Positions 39,840 to 50,668 are shown, counted from the first letter of the stretch. The stretch: 64,000 nucleotides of DNA from Paracoccaceae bacterium (GCA_965214325.1 CBDCBG010000004.1:190843-254842), one strand, 5' to 3'. Notes: a model not told the origin generated them from the letters alone. Made by a program: numbers and translations.

Positions 39840-40758
39840 GGCCCTGTTGCAAAAACCGCTCTCAGCTGTCCTTGTGAGCGAGGCAGCGGTAGATTGCGCT
39901 TTTGGAGGCTCTCCCACGACCCATGACTTCAAGTGGCGGCACTTCCGGGGCGAGATCATTCCGCGGGCCGTTCGGTGGCACTGCAGATATGGCGTCAGCT
40001 ACCGTGACCTCGAGGAAATGCTGGAAGAGCGCGGCGTCGCGGTGGACCATGCCACCATCCATCGCTGGGTGCAGGCCTGCGCGCCGGAAATCGAAGGGCG
40101 CCTGCGCCGGCACTGTCGCCCAGGCGGACTTTCGCGGTCCCGGCGCGTGGACGAGACCTGCATCAAGGTCAGAGGGAAACGGGCGTATCTGTACCGCGCG
40201 GTCGACGGCCGTGGCGACGCCATCGACTTCCACCTGTCGCAGACCCGCAATGCCAACGCCGCCAAGCGGTTCCCGGGCAAGGCGCTGCGCGGGTGCAAGG
40301 AGCGGGAGAGGCCCGTCGTGATCAACACCGGCAAGGCGGGATGCCACGGCCAGGCCATCCGGGAGTCGAAGCAGGCCGGCAAGTGTCCCCCCGAGACCGG
40401 ACACGGGCAGGCGAAATGCCTCGACAACGTCGTCGAGGCCGACCATGGCAAGCTCAAGCGCCTGATCAAGCCGACCCTTGGATTCAAGTCAATGAAGACG
40501 GCCTGCGCCACGATCAAGGGCTTCGAGGCGATGCGTGCCCTAAGGAAGAAGCAGGCCAAGGCCTTCCAGCTCCAGCAGGGATCAGGGGTGAAGTGCGTCT
40601 TGTCGAACGTGCCTTCGGGGTCGGGCCGGAGATGATGAGCGAGTTGATGTCGCTGCATGGAGCGGAGCTTGAAAAGATCGCGATCCAGCAAGGATCTTGA
40701 AGAAAGACGGAACCAGACCAAACCCCCGGCAACTCCGGCAAATTCTTGCAACAGAGCC
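39840..40758 (+). mobile_element. IS6-family element, copy B (decayed)
   Basis: IRs GGCCCTGTTGCAAAA / TTGCAACAGAGCC. Near-identical to copy C. No TSD. Confidence 0.8.
39916..40700 (+). pseudogene. IS6-family transposase with lost start codon and C-terminal frameshift
   Basis: The ATG of copy C is ACG here (cc acg acc cat gac). The frame diverges after AKAFQLQ (1-nt indel near 40,580). Confidence 0.8.
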
Positions 40759-41236
40759 CCCCGGAGCAGGGGCACCGGACCTCTCGCTCGGGTCGCTCGG
40801 GCTTGAAGCCACCAGAAGGGAGCAGCCGGACGGCAAGCCGCGCGCACGGGCGAGGCTGGTGGATCTCGTATTCGCATTCCCGAATCATGCACCGGTTCCA
40901 TGACAAATCCCGCATGCATTTCGGCGCCAGCCGCCCGTTTCATGTGGAAAATCGCCCGGAATGGCGCGCCGCGACCCCGGCGGGCGGATGTTCACGCCAT
41001 GTCCTGGCCGCACAGCGCAGGAAGCTCCTTCCCGTGACCTCGAAAATGCCGGGAATTTACCCCCGCTGAAACGGCCTGAATCCGGGTCGTTTCGGGGCAC
41101 GGCAGGTCAGTGGGGAGCCGGTGCGGCCGGCCCCTGATCGACTGCCTGCCGGCCCAGCCGGGCCGATCCGCACTGCATCATGCGCCAATCAGGGGTCAGG
41201 GGTCAGCCGGAGGCCGCTCGCGCTCTCACCCGGCTA

Positions 41237-42067
41237 TCACTCGAAACTGAATTCGTTGAGTAGCCGCCATGCCCTGGTTCCGCGCAGCGCCTTGTTGTCC
41301 TGGGCCAGGTCCCAGGCCGTCCTGCCGTAATCTGCTCTCGCCGTGCCGTCGGCGCCGAGTTCCACCAGCCGGGTGATGACGTCGGGGTCGGCGCCGGCCG
41401 CCGCGTGGTGCAGCGGCGTCCGTCCGAACACATCCCCCGCCTCCAGATCAGCGCCAAGCTCAACCAGCCTGGCGGTCACGTCGGGGTTGGTGTTGTAGCG
41501 GGCGGCGCTGTGCAGCGGTCTCCATTCAAATTCCAGTTCCAGGCCGTACACCCTCGCCTCCAGATCGGCACCAAGCTCGACCAGGCGGGCGGTCACGTCG
41601 GGATTGTCGTTGAAGGCCGCCGCGTGGTGCAGCGGTGTCCGTCCGAGCACATCCCCCGCCTCCGGATCGGCACCGCCTTGTACACATTTCTCGACATCTT
41701 CAGCCGTGGCCTGGCTGAAGAACTCCTGGCTGTTCCAGGTGTCGCAGGGCAGGTGAGAAGGCGTGCCTAGATCTTCGAGCAGCCGCCAGGCATCTGTCCC
41801 GCGCAGCGCATCGTTGTCCTGGGCCAGGTCCCAGGCCGTCTCTCCGTAATCTGTTCTCGCCGTGCCGTCGGCACCGAGCTCGACCAGCCGGGCGATCACG
41901 TCGGGGTTGGTGTTATAGCGGGCGGCGAAATGCAGCGGTGTCCGTCCAGCCCTGTCCTCCCTCGCATCCGGATCGGCGCCGGCCTGAACACATTTCTCGA
42001 CATCCTGGACCGTGGCCTGGCTGAAGAACGCCTCGCTATTCCAGGTGTCGCATGATGGTGCGGCCAC
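41237..42067 (-). CDS. ankyrin-repeat protein (possibly inactivated secreted form)
   Basis: Repeated G.TPLH.AA....NPDV..RLVELGAD ankyrin units. Two homologous halves of about 135 aa each begin CDTWNS..FFSQAT..DVEKCVQ.GADP. Upstream in frame, ATG 42130 encodes a signal peptide broken by TAG at 42103..42101. Confidence 0.65.
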   Translation of the reverse strand: MAAPSCDTWNSEAFFSQATVQDVEKCVQAGADPDAREDRAGRTPLHFAARYNTNPDVIARLVELGADGTARTDYGETAWDLAQDNDALRGTDAWRLLEDLGTPSHLPCDTWNSQEFFSQATAEDVEKCVQGGADPEAGDVLGRTPLHHAAAFNDNPDVTARLVELGADLEARVYGLELEFEWRPLHSAARYNTNPDVTARLVELGADLEAGDVFGRTPLHHAAAGADPDVITRLVELGADGTARADYGRTAWDLAQDNKALRGTRAWRLLNEFSFE

Positions 42068-42289
42068 GGCCGGGATCGTGCTGAACGCAACAGCAGCCAG
42101 CTAGGTGCAGAGGCGTGTTGAAGTTTTCATTGTGGTCTCCCTCGGCCGGTTGCTGGATCTGGCGCACGCACAATCGCCGCTGAGCCCGGCACTGTCAATT
42201 GAGGCCGCGGGGCGGTGAGAGCTTCCAGCCGTTGCCCTTACGCCCGGCCCCGGCCGCCCGTGAAGAGGGTGAGAGGCAACGACAAATGC

Positions 42290-42616
42290 TTAGCGCAGGA
42301 TTCTGCCCTCTACCGGAACCGACCCGAGGGTGTCCGCGACCATCTGCGGGTTCCGGTCAATCAGCGCCATCAGCACCAGGGCAGCACGATCCGGGGAGCG
42401 GCGATTCTGCTCCCAGTCCCGCAGCGTGCTGACGGGAAGACCGTACCGCTCGGCGAACGCGGCCTGCGAGAGCCGGAGCTTCTTCCGGATTGCCGCAACG
42501 TCCACGGCTTCAGGCACGAACACGCCGGCCGGTTCGATCTCCCCCCTTGCAATGGCGAGGGCGTCCTTCGCGCTGTGGATCAGTTCTTCACCAAAACTCA
42601 TTTTGATCTCCTTCAT
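42290..42616 (-). CDS. XRE-type HTH antitoxin (HigA-like)
   Basis: LRLSQAAFAERYGLPVSTLRDWEQNRRSPDRAALVLMALI. The start overlaps the toxin stop (ATGA). Confidence 0.8.
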   Translation of the reverse strand: MKEIKMSFGEELIHSAKDALAIARGEIEPAGVFVPEAVDVAAIRKKLRLSQAAFAERYGLPVSTLRDWEQNRRSPDRAALVLMALIDRNPQMVADTLGSVPVEGRILR

Positions 42617-42987
42617 TGCGCGGTGCGAAACTTCCGGGTCAGCTCCCTGGTATTGGCCCGGTAGGCATCGGCGATTTCTGGCAGCAACTTCGCCAACTCG
42701 TTTCGCTCGGCCCCTGTCAGGTTGGCCTTGGCGCCTTTGCTGTAGACCGCCAGAAGAAACACCGGCACGTCATCGCCGCCGAAATAGTGGATCGTGCGGC
42801 AACCGCCGCTCTTCCCACCGCCAGGGCGCGCATGACGCAGTTTTCGCGCCCCGCCGGTTCCGGCTATCGTGTCGCCGGCGAGCGGGTCCTGGGCCAGTGT
42901 GTTCACAATGGCAGTCACCTCGTCTCCCGACAGGCCGCAGCGCTTGGCCTGAACTGTAAAGGTTGCCGTCCAGATCACCGAGTGCAT
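42613..42987 (-). CDS. RelE/HigB-type toxin (DUF1044/PF06296-like)
   Basis: AGTGGARKLRHARPGGGKSGGCRTIHYF...FLLAVYSKGAKANL matches the GTGG.RK.R....GKGK.GG.R.IY pattern. An alternative ATG lies at 43005. Confidence 0.75.
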   Translation of the reverse strand: MHSVIWTATFTVQAKRCGLSGDEVTAIVNTLAQDPLAGDTIAGTGGARKLRHARPGGGKSGGCRTIHYFGGDDVPVFLLAVYSKGAKANLTGAERNELAKLLPEIADAYRANTRELTRKFRTAQ

Positions 42988-43144
42988 GACGGGTATATAC
43001 GGCATTGCCGTATCCTTGACAAGGGGGAGGCGCGGCGCGGCCTGGGAATTCTCCCGACCATGTCTTGCCCGCACCGCGCCGGAAGGTCCCTTCCGGGAGT
43101 GTCCTCCGGGGTCACGGGAAATTTCGGGTCCATCCCGACAAAGG

Positions 43145-45060
43145 GTGCGCCAGGCTAACTGGTGCGAGTGCAGCGGGTGAGAGTCCCGCAGGAAGGAAAG
43201 GTTAACCACCGACTTTCACCGCGAGCCGTGCGCCGGGCACCGTGAGGTGTCAGGTGAAGCGTCGGCAGCGGCATGTGCGGGCCGGGCGATTGAGCCTCGA
43301 AATGGGATTGATCGGATGCGCCGAGACTTTCCTTTGGGTCGAAGGCAACACCCATCAGCCGATATGGTGAGGCGAAATGGGGCATCCCGGGGTCAAAGAA
43401 CCATGGCACGTACAGAAGCATTCCACCGGGACCTGGGAGGTCTTCAAGTCGCCCCGCAGTCGTGCGGGGCCGCAGCGGAAAGGAGGGGAAACCCAAAGCC
43501 AATGACGGACGGCTTGAAGAAGTCAGACCCGTCCATAGTAGCTTTGAAACCAGCGAACAAAGGGCGGCAACGCTCAGCGGAGTTGGCGGAGCCAAGGGAC
43601 GGGGCCGAGGGAAATTCGGGAAGCCGAAGCAGGCGCCGCGCGCAGAAGCGGGAAAGCCTGTCACAGGAGGCCGACCGGATACGGCAGGCTGCAAAGAGAA
43701 ACCCGGAAGAGCGTCTCGTGGCGCTCCTGCACCACATCACGGTGCCCGTGCTGGCGGAAGCGTTCCACTCGCTCAAGAGTGACGTGGCCGCCGGCGTGGA
43801 TGGCGTGACGTGGGAAATGTATGCCGAAGGGCTGGAAGATCGCCTGATCGACCTGCACGGACGGCTGCACAGGGGAGCGTACCGCGCGCCGCCGGTTCGG
43901 CGGGTCGAGATACCCAAGCCGGACGGCGGAACACGACCGCTCGGCATCGCCACACTGGAGGACAAGATCGTTCAGAAGGCGGTGGCGGACATGATTCTGG
44001 TACCGATCTACGAGTCGGAGTTTCTCGGGTTCAGCTACGGGTTCCGACCGGGGCGCGGGGCGCACAACGCGCTCGACGCGCTCACGGTCGGAATTGAGCA
44101 GCGCAAGATCAACTGGATTCTTGACGCGGATATCCGCGCATTCTTCGACAATTTGGACCGGGGCTGGATGATTCGGTTTCTGGAACATCGCATCGGAGAC
44201 AAGCGCCTCATCCGCCTCATCACCAAATGGTTGAACGCTGGCGTCATGGAGGGGACCGACTGGACGGACACGGGCAGAGGCGTTCCTCAGGGGGCGATTG
44301 TCTCGCCGGTCCTGGCTAACGCCTACCTGCACTACGTGTTTGACCTCTGGGTGCACAAGTCATGGCGCAAACGGAAGGGGAAAGGCGACATGATCGTTGT
44401 TCGCTACGCGGACGACTTCGTGGTTGGCTTTCAACACCAGTGGGAAGCGGAGAGCTTCCTGAGCGATCTGAGGGAAAGGCTCGCCCGTTTCGGGCTGGAC
44501 ATGCACCCCGACAAGACCCGGCTCATTGCGTTCGGACGGTTTGCGAAAGCAAGACGGAAAGAACGCGGGCAGGGCAAACCGGAGACCTTCGACTTTCTGG
44601 GCATGACGCACTTTTGCGTCACCACCCTGCGAGGGAAATTCCGGGTCGGACGCAAGCCGTCCCGAAAACGGGTGAGGCGGACACTCAGGCGCATCAAGGA
44701 AGAACTGCGCAAACGTCGGCACATGGGCAAACACGAAGTGGCGCGATGGCTCGGAAGAGTCATCAACGGGTGGCTGAACTACTACGCCGTTCCCGGCACT
44801 TCAAAAGCCCTGTCGAGGTTTGTCATCGCGGTCAAGCGGCTGCTCCTGCGCGCCTTGCGCAGACGCTCGCAGAAAGACCGCACTGAATGGTCGGCACTGG
44901 CTCGCCTAATCGGAGCCCACTGGCCAGAACCCACCATCCGTCACCCGTGGCCCGGCCAGCGTCTCGCCGTCAACACCCAAGGCAGGAGCCGGATGCGTTA
45001 ACGCGCACGTCCGGATCTGTGCGGGGGGACCGGGGTAACCCGGTTTCCTACCGCGATTAC
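43145..45060 (+). mobile_element. group II intron A2, full length (1,916 nt)
   Basis: 5' GTGCGCCAGGCTAACTGGTGCGAG. Domain V GAGCCGGATGCGTTAACGCGCACGTCCGGATC spans the RT stop codon. Domain VI GCGGGGGGACCGGGGTAACCCGGTTTCCTACCGC. 3' end ...GATTAC. Confidence 0.8.
43502..45001 (+). CDS. group II intron reverse transcriptase/maturase (no endonuclease domain)
   Basis: RPLGIATLEDKIVQ, FRPGRGAHNA, DADIRAFFDN, GVPQGAIVSPVLAN, RYADDF, GWLNYYA. AGGAGGGG RBS. Paralogue of 34648..36144. Confidence 0.9.
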   Translation: MTDGLKKSDPSIVALKPANKGRQRSAELAEPRDGAEGNSGSRSRRRAQKRESLSQEADRIRQAAKRNPEERLVALLHHITVPVLAEAFHSLKSDVAAGVDGVTWEMYAEGLEDRLIDLHGRLHRGAYRAPPVRRVEIPKPDGGTRPLGIATLEDKIVQKAVADMILVPIYESEFLGFSYGFRPGRGAHNALDALTVGIEQRKINWILDADIRAFFDNLDRGWMIRFLEHRIGDKRLIRLITKWLNAGVMEGTDWTDTGRGVPQGAIVSPVLANAYLHYVFDLWVHKSWRKRKGKGDMIVVRYADDFVVGFQHQWEAESFLSDLRERLARFGLDMHPDKTRLIAFGRFAKARRKERGQGKPETFDFLGMTHFCVTTLRGKFRVGRKPSRKRVRRTLRRIKEELRKRRHMGKHEVARWLGRVINGWLNYYAVPGTSKALSRFVIAVKRLLLRALRRRSQKDRTEWSALARLIGAHWPEPTIRHPWPGQRLAVNTQGRSRMR

Positions 45061-45077
45061 ATGACCCACCACTTTGA

Positions 45078-45224
45078 TCATGCCTGATTTCTTATGCGCA
45101 TGATGGTCTGTCTGCTGGTCCCGAACTGCCGGGCGATTGACGAAATGGACTCGCCGCCTCGAATCCTTTCCTTCACCAGCTCCTGCTGACCGGCGTTGAG
45201 AGCCGGCGGCCGGCCCAGCTGCTT
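45078..45224 (-). pseudogene. serine recombinase (resolvase/invertase) C-terminal HTH fragment, truncated by IS6 copy C
   Basis: [41 protein letters not shown] is a typical resolvase HTH tail. The upstream catalytic domain is absent. Confidence 0.65.
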
Positions 45225-46144
45225 GGCCCTGTTGCAAAAACCGCTCTCAGCTGTCCTTGCGAGCGAGGCAGCGGTAGATTGCGCTTTTGGAGACCCTCCC
45301 ATGACCCATGACTTCAAGTGGCGGCACTTCCGGGGCGAGATCATTCCGCGGGCCGTTCGGTGGCACTGCGGATATGGCGTCAGCTACCGTGACCTCGAGG
45401 AAATGCTGGAAGAGCGCGGCGTCGCGGTGGACCATGCCACCATCCATCGCCGGGTGCAGGCCTGCGCGCCGGAAATCGAAAGGCGCCTGCGCCGGCACTG
45501 TCGCCCAGGCGGACTTTCGCGGTCCCGGCGCGTGGACGAGACCTGCATCAAGGTCAGAGGGAAACGGGCGTATCTGTACCGCGCGGTCGACGGCCGTGGC
45601 GACGCCATCGACTTCCACCTGTCGCAGACCCGCAATGCCAACGCCGCCAAGCGGTTCCCGGGCAAGGCGCTGCGCGGGTGCAAGGAGCGGGAGAGGCCCG
45701 TCGTGATCAACACCGGCAAGGCGGGATGCCACGGCCAGGCCATCCGGGAGTCGAAGCAGGCCGGCAAGTGTCCCCCCGAGACCGGACACGGGCAGGTGAA
45801 ATGCCTCGACAACGTCGTCGAAGCCGATCACGGCAAGCTCAAGCGCCTGATCAAGCCGACCCTTGGATTCAAGTCAATGAAGACGGCCTGCGCCACGATC
45901 AAGGGCTTCGAGGCGATGCGTGCCCTAAGGAAGAAGCAGGCCAAGGCCTTCCAGCTTCAGCCCGGCATCAGGGGCGAAGCGCGTCTTGTCGAACGTGCCT
46001 TCGGGATCGGGCCGGAGATGTCGAGCGAGCTGATGTCGCTGCATGGAGCGGAGCTTGAAAAGATCGCGATCCAGCAAGGATCTTGAAGAAAGACGGAACC
46101 AGACCAAACCCCCGGCAACTCCGGCAAATTCTTGCAACAGAGCC
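45225..46144 (+). mobile_element. IS6-family element, copy C (intact)
   Basis: IRs GGCCCTGTTGCAAAA / TTGCAACAGAGCC. Intact transposase. No TSD. Same orientation as copies A and B. Confidence 0.85.
45301..46086 (+). CDS. IS6-family transposase
   Basis: [41 protein letters not shown]...[20 protein letters not shown]...[16 protein letters not shown]. 261 aa. Confidence 0.9.
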   Translation: MTHDFKWRHFRGEIIPRAVRWHCGYGVSYRDLEEMLEERGVAVDHATIHRRVQACAPEIERRLRRHCRPGGLSRSRRVDETCIKVRGKRAYLYRAVDGRGDAIDFHLSQTRNANAAKRFPGKALRGCKERERPVVINTGKAGCHGQAIRESKQAGKCPPETGHGQVKCLDNVVEADHGKLKRLIKPTLGFKSMKTACATIKGFEAMRALRKKQAKAFQLQPGIRGEARLVERAFGIGPEMSSELMSLHGAELEKIAIQQGS

Positions 46145-46544
46145 AACAGGATCGATTAACAGGCGCCCGGAAAACCCGAAGAAGAATTTTTCTGTTCCAG
46201 AAATGGACAAATTATCGTTCCCGGCACCGGATTCCGCGAAATCCGGCTGAACTTGCCGACTCTGTGAAAACCCACCTACACAGCGCCCGCCTGGTGAGTG
46301 AAACACCGCCTAGACGGAACTTCACACGGTCATTTTGCGTGCAACCCGTTGACATGAAACGGGAATCTGCGGTTCTGAGGCCCTGTAGATGGATTTCTGT
46401 TGCCATAACCCCCGCAGGCGTGGATTCCGGCGCATCCGGCGAGCGGTCCCGAGGGGATTGAACGGGGACGCAACATTTTTTCGATTTTCCGCTTGACATC
46501 ATGGGACGGGTCGGCATATGATGCCCGGAAAGTTCCCATGACGG

Positions 46545-48323
46545 ATGCCAGCCATGGCCCTCAACATCGAATCCGTCCCCAACCAGGCAGGAAAGCCCGC
46601 AATCCTCCTCCGCCAGGCTTGGCGGGAGGGAAAGCGGGTCCGCAAGAGGACCGTCGCCAACCTCTCGAAGTTCCCGCCCGAGATCGTCGATGGCTTCCGG
46701 GCCGTGCTCAAGGGCGCCGTCGCCGTCAGCGACGTCGGCGACCTCATGCAGGTGGAGCGCTCCCTCCTGCACGGACACGTCGCCGCCGTCCTCGGCACCG
46801 CGCGGGACCTCGGCCTCGAGCGCATGCTCCACCGGACCCGCAGCCGCGAGCGCCAGCTGGCGCTGGCCGCCGTCGTCTCGAGGGTGCTGTCGCCCGATTC
46901 CAAGCTCGCCACCGCCCGGCGGCTGTCGCCCGAGACCGCGACGAGCAGCCTCGGCGCCCTGCTCGGGCTCGGCCCCGTCGCCGGCAACGAGGTGCTCGAC
47001 ATGCTCGACTGGCTGCTGAAGCGCCAGCCCTGGATCGAGAGGAGCCTGGCCAGCCGGCACCTGAAGGACGGAACGCTCATCCTGCATGACGTGAGCAGTT
47101 CGTACCTCGAGGGCACCTGCTGCCCGCTCGCGGCCTTCGGCCACAGCCGCGACGGGAAGAGGGGCAAGCGGCAGATCGTGTTCGGGATGCTCTGCGCCTC
47201 CGACGGCTGCCCGGTCGCGGTGGAGGTGTTCCCCGGAAACACCGCGGACCCGTCCACGGTGGCAAGCCAGGTGAACAGGATCCGAAAGCGCTTCGGCATC
47301 GACCGCATCGCCCTCGTGGGCGACAGGGGGATGCTGACCACGGCGCGGATCCGCGAGGACATCGAGCCGGCGGGGCTCGACTGGATCTCGGCGCTGAAGA
47401 CGGGAGACATCCGCAAGCTCCTGAAGGAGGGCGCGGACGGCGCCCCGGCCCCGCTTGTGCCCGAGGCCCTGGCTCCCGACGCGGTGGCCGAGGTCACGGG
47501 CCCGGACTTCCCCGGCGAGCGGCTGATGGTCTGCATGAACCCCCGGCTGCGGCAGGAGCGGGCGCGCAAGCGTTCGGACCTGCTCCAGGCCACCGAGGAG
47601 GCGCTGGCGGCGATCGCGAGGTCGGTGCGCTCGGGCCGGCTGAAGGGCCGGGAGGCCATCGACCGCCGGGTGGGCAGGGACGTCAACCGCCGGAAGGTCG
47701 GGAAGCACATGGAGGTCGACGTGACCGACAGGGGCGTCTCCTGGCGCCGGCGGAAGGACCGGATCGAGGCGGAGGCGCGGCTCGACGGCGTGTACGTCAT
47801 CCGCACCAGCCTGGATTCCGCCTCCATGGGCGCAACGGAGGCCGTCGAGGATTGCAAGTCGCTCGCCGGCGTGGAGCGCGCGTTCCGGAACGACAGGAGC
47901 GACCTCCGGATCCGTCCGGTCTACGTGTACTCCCCCGACCACGTCCGCGCGCACGTGTTCCTTTGCATGCTGGCCCTGCACGTCGAATGGCACATGCGCC
48001 GGCGCCTCGCGCCGCTCCTGTTCGAGGACGACGACCGCGCGGACGCCCGGGAACGGCGGAACTCGCCGGTGGAGAAGGCCCGGCCGTCGGAATCCGCCCG
48101 GCGGAAGGCCGCAACGAAGCGCACCGCAGACGACCTGCCCGCCCACAGCTTCCGCACCCTGCTCGACGATCTCTCGGGGATGGCGCTGAACCAGCTGCGC
48201 CTGTCGGACCATGACGCAAGCCTGCTGTCCGTCGTCACCAGGCCGACCCCGGTCCAGAAACGGGCGTTCCAGCTTCTCGGAGTGAACCCTGACCGGAACG
48301 TTCCCATAAGGATGACAGGTTGA
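46545..48323 (+). CDS. IS1634-family (IS4-related) transposase
   Basis: HDVSSSYLEG, GHSRDGKRGKRQIVFGML, VFPGNTADPST, ALVGDRGMLT, DGVYVIRTS, VERAFRNDRSDLRIRPVYVYSPDHVRAHVFLCMLA. An alternative ATG lies at 46554. IS ends not resolved. Confidence 0.8.
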   Translation: MPAMALNIESVPNQAGKPAILLRQAWREGKRVRKRTVANLSKFPPEIVDGFRAVLKGAVAVSDVGDLMQVERSLLHGHVAAVLGTARDLGLERMLHRTRSRERQLALAAVVSRVLSPDSKLATARRLSPETATSSLGALLGLGPVAGNEVLDMLDWLLKRQPWIERSLASRHLKDGTLILHDVSSSYLEGTCCPLAAFGHSRDGKRGKRQIVFGMLCASDGCPVAVEVFPGNTADPSTVASQVNRIRKRFGIDRIALVGDRGMLTTARIREDIEPAGLDWISALKTGDIRKLLKEGADGAPAPLVPEALAPDAVAEVTGPDFPGERLMVCMNPRLRQERARKRSDLLQATEEALAAIARSVRSGRLKGREAIDRRVGRDVNRRKVGKHMEVDVTDRGVSWRRRKDRIEAEARLDGVYVIRTSLDSASMGATEAVEDCKSLAGVERAFRNDRSDLRIRPVYVYSPDHVRAHVFLCMLALHVEWHMRRRLAPLLFEDDDRADARERRNSPVEKARPSESARRKAATKRTADDLPAHSFRTLLDDLSGMALNQLRLSDHDASLLSVVTRPTPVQKRAFQLLGVNPDRNVPIRMTG

Positions 48324-48852
48324 CGGGCGGCCGCAGGGCCGGAAAACCCAAGAAAACCAGCAGGTTGGTCATGGAATCCCTTTTCAGATTCCCCTGAAGT
48401 TCCGCCTAGATGACCTTTGGGGGGACCGCAAAACCGTTCCCCCTGCTCTACGGGCCGCAAAACGGACTCTCCGGCGAAGTGCCGGAAACCGTGCGGAACA
48501 GGCCTTCGAGAGGTGCCTGGAAAATGATACCAGGCCATTCAGCGCGAACATCACTGCAATTTATACGAGTGCGACCGCTCCCGCACTTCCGCCCGTCGGC
48601 AGCCGGGTGCGAAACCGGTAGTCGATGCGGCGATCGCGGGTCCCTGCGATCAGGGTGCGGATTGCGGAAACGCGCCGCTGTCAAGCCCGCGGATCACGGG
48701 GCTTTCATGGCCGTCCGGATGGGCAGGACCGCCTCCCGGATCAAGGGCCGTGACACGCAACGAGCGCAGGTCAATGACAAAGTCCCGGCAGTCTCCGGGT
48801 CTCAGAGGCTGAATCATAAGTCATTGATTTGATATTGTTATTTGGTAACTGC

Positions 48853-50330
48853 TCACCCCTTTCCCAGGGCGGGTTGAGGGTCATGCAGTTCGATCATTTT
48901 GGCGGCATTTCCGGCGAGCGCGATCTGGATGGCGACGAGAGGGTTGTATCCGAGAGCCTCCATTGAGCTCAGGTAGCTCGAGATCCGGCACCAGGCGTGG
49001 GCGTGGAGTTGTGTCCGGAAGCATCCCGACACCTGATCTTGACCTTCGCCATGCGGATCTTCCGCTCCCCGGCATTGTTCGTGAAGCTGACGTCCGGGTC
49101 GCCCATGAAGCGCAGGACGGACCCTTCGTGCTTGACGAGGCGCTCATGGAGGTTGTGTGCATCGGACTTCGCGATCCGGCCGCGTTTTCCTTTCGGCTTC
49201 GGCGGGATGACGGGCAACTCGTTGCCCCCCTGGGTCAGGATGGTCCGGTAGCGCCTGCGCACGGCCGTGCGCCCGTCCTCGGGCAGGGTCTTGGTGTCGC
49301 TCCTGTTGACCCTGTGGCAGGCCTCGCGCAGCAGCCTCTTCATCAGGCGCGCCCAGCGGTAGCCGTTGGAGTCGACGACGAAGGTCAGCTCCCGCAGGAG
49401 GTGAGAGCCACAGAGCTGATGGCTGCACTGGTCGTAGGCGAAGTACGATGCCCAGCAGTCGTGGACCAGGGTGCCTGTGCAGCGGGGGATGATGCCGATG
49501 TCCTCGATCGCCTCCTTTCCGCGCTTGCGGTGCAGGAACTTCAGGGTCAGGGACCCGTCGGTGACGACATGGAGCCATTGGGTTCTGCCGTCGACCCGGA
49601 AGCCGGTCTCGTCGGCATGCAGGGCCGGGCGTTCCAGCAGCTGTGCGATGGCGGCGTGCTCCCATGATGCGAGGGCGTCATGAAGGCGGCGCACGCAGCC
49701 CAGGCAGGTGGCTTCGGAGAGCCTGAGGCCCGAGATCGCCTGCACCAGCGCGACGGCCCGGCGCAGCGACAGCATGTGGGCGCCCGGCAGGTTGACGACG
49801 AAGGCCTGGAGGCCGGCGCCGTACTGCAGCGGGCCCGGCATGTCGTCGGGGAACCGGCCCTTGGTGCGGGCCCGGCAGTCCGGGCATTCCTTGACCTCGG
49901 CCTCCACGCGGCGCTCGACGACCTCGAACACGATGTCGTGCAGGACGCGACGTTCCCGGCCGGCGGGGTCGACGCCGGACAGGTCGGCGCCGCATGTGTC
50001 GCAGGCCTCGACGGCGACCGTCTCCTCGACGGTGGTCTTCCGGAGGTTGTCGCCCGTCTGCAGGTTCGGCTTCGCGCCCTTGCCGCTGCTGCCGGCGCGC
50101 CGTGCGGTCCCGTCCCTGTCCGTCTGCGACGGCGGGAGGCTGGAGTTCCTCGATCCCTTGCGGGTCGTCCTTTCCAGCAGGACGGCGATCAGCACGCTCA
50201 TCAGCGTGATCAGCATCGCGAACATCGCGTCGGCTTCCGCCGACACCTTGCCGGCCTCGCGCAGCGTCTTGATCCGCGCCTTTGCCGCCTCGAACTCGTC
50301 GCGCAGCGACGCCGCGTTCACCGTCGCCAT
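48853..50330 (-). pseudogene. IS66-family transposase with C-terminal frameshift
   Basis: Colinear with 26831..28291 until AKVKI. The expected ...VSGCFRTQLHAHAWCRISSYLSSMEALGYNPL continues in another frame and ends at a TGA inside the IR. Confidence 0.75.
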
Positions 50331-50668
50331 CACCCGGCCTCCACCGCGAGCCGCTCGCCCGGGGGCGTCGCGCGGCAGCGGCGCTGCGACCTGCGCGTCG
50401 ACTGCACGCAGGGCGGCTCGCGGCCCTGGAAGTCGAAGCCGGACAGGAAGCGGCGGGCGCAGCCATGGCGGAGCTCGACGGGGCAGTCCCGTCCGAAGCC
50501 GTCGGTCGCCCGGCGGTCCAGGCCGATGCCGCGCTGCGCGGGCGGCTTGCGCTTCATGATCGCGCCGCCGCCCAAGCGCGTTTCCAGACATGCGGAACGA
50601 GGCGGCATGAGGCTCACGATGGCCTGGCAGAGCCCCGTCGTCGCCTTTGACCCGTACCATGCCCCCAT
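50330..50668 (-). pseudogene. Dam-like methyltransferase remnant (internal deletion removes the DPPY region)
   Basis: MGAWYGSKATTGLCQ... aligns with 28291..28953, but the segment containing DPPY is missing (about 290 bp shorter). The same TGATG overlap with the transposase start is kept. Confidence 0.7.

Noticed and set aside
46212-48212. 666-aa ORF on the - strand, plus several other long ORFs overlapping the IS1634 transposase.
   Set aside because: It is antisense to a transposase with clear family motifs, it has no motifs of its own, and its composition is GC-driven.
48795-48822. CTCAGAGGCTGAATCATAAG resembles a shortened Tn3-type IR.
   Set aside because: Only the outer and inner few bases match, and the TAAG part may instead be the terminus of the IS5-like element. 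The evidence is too weak to call.
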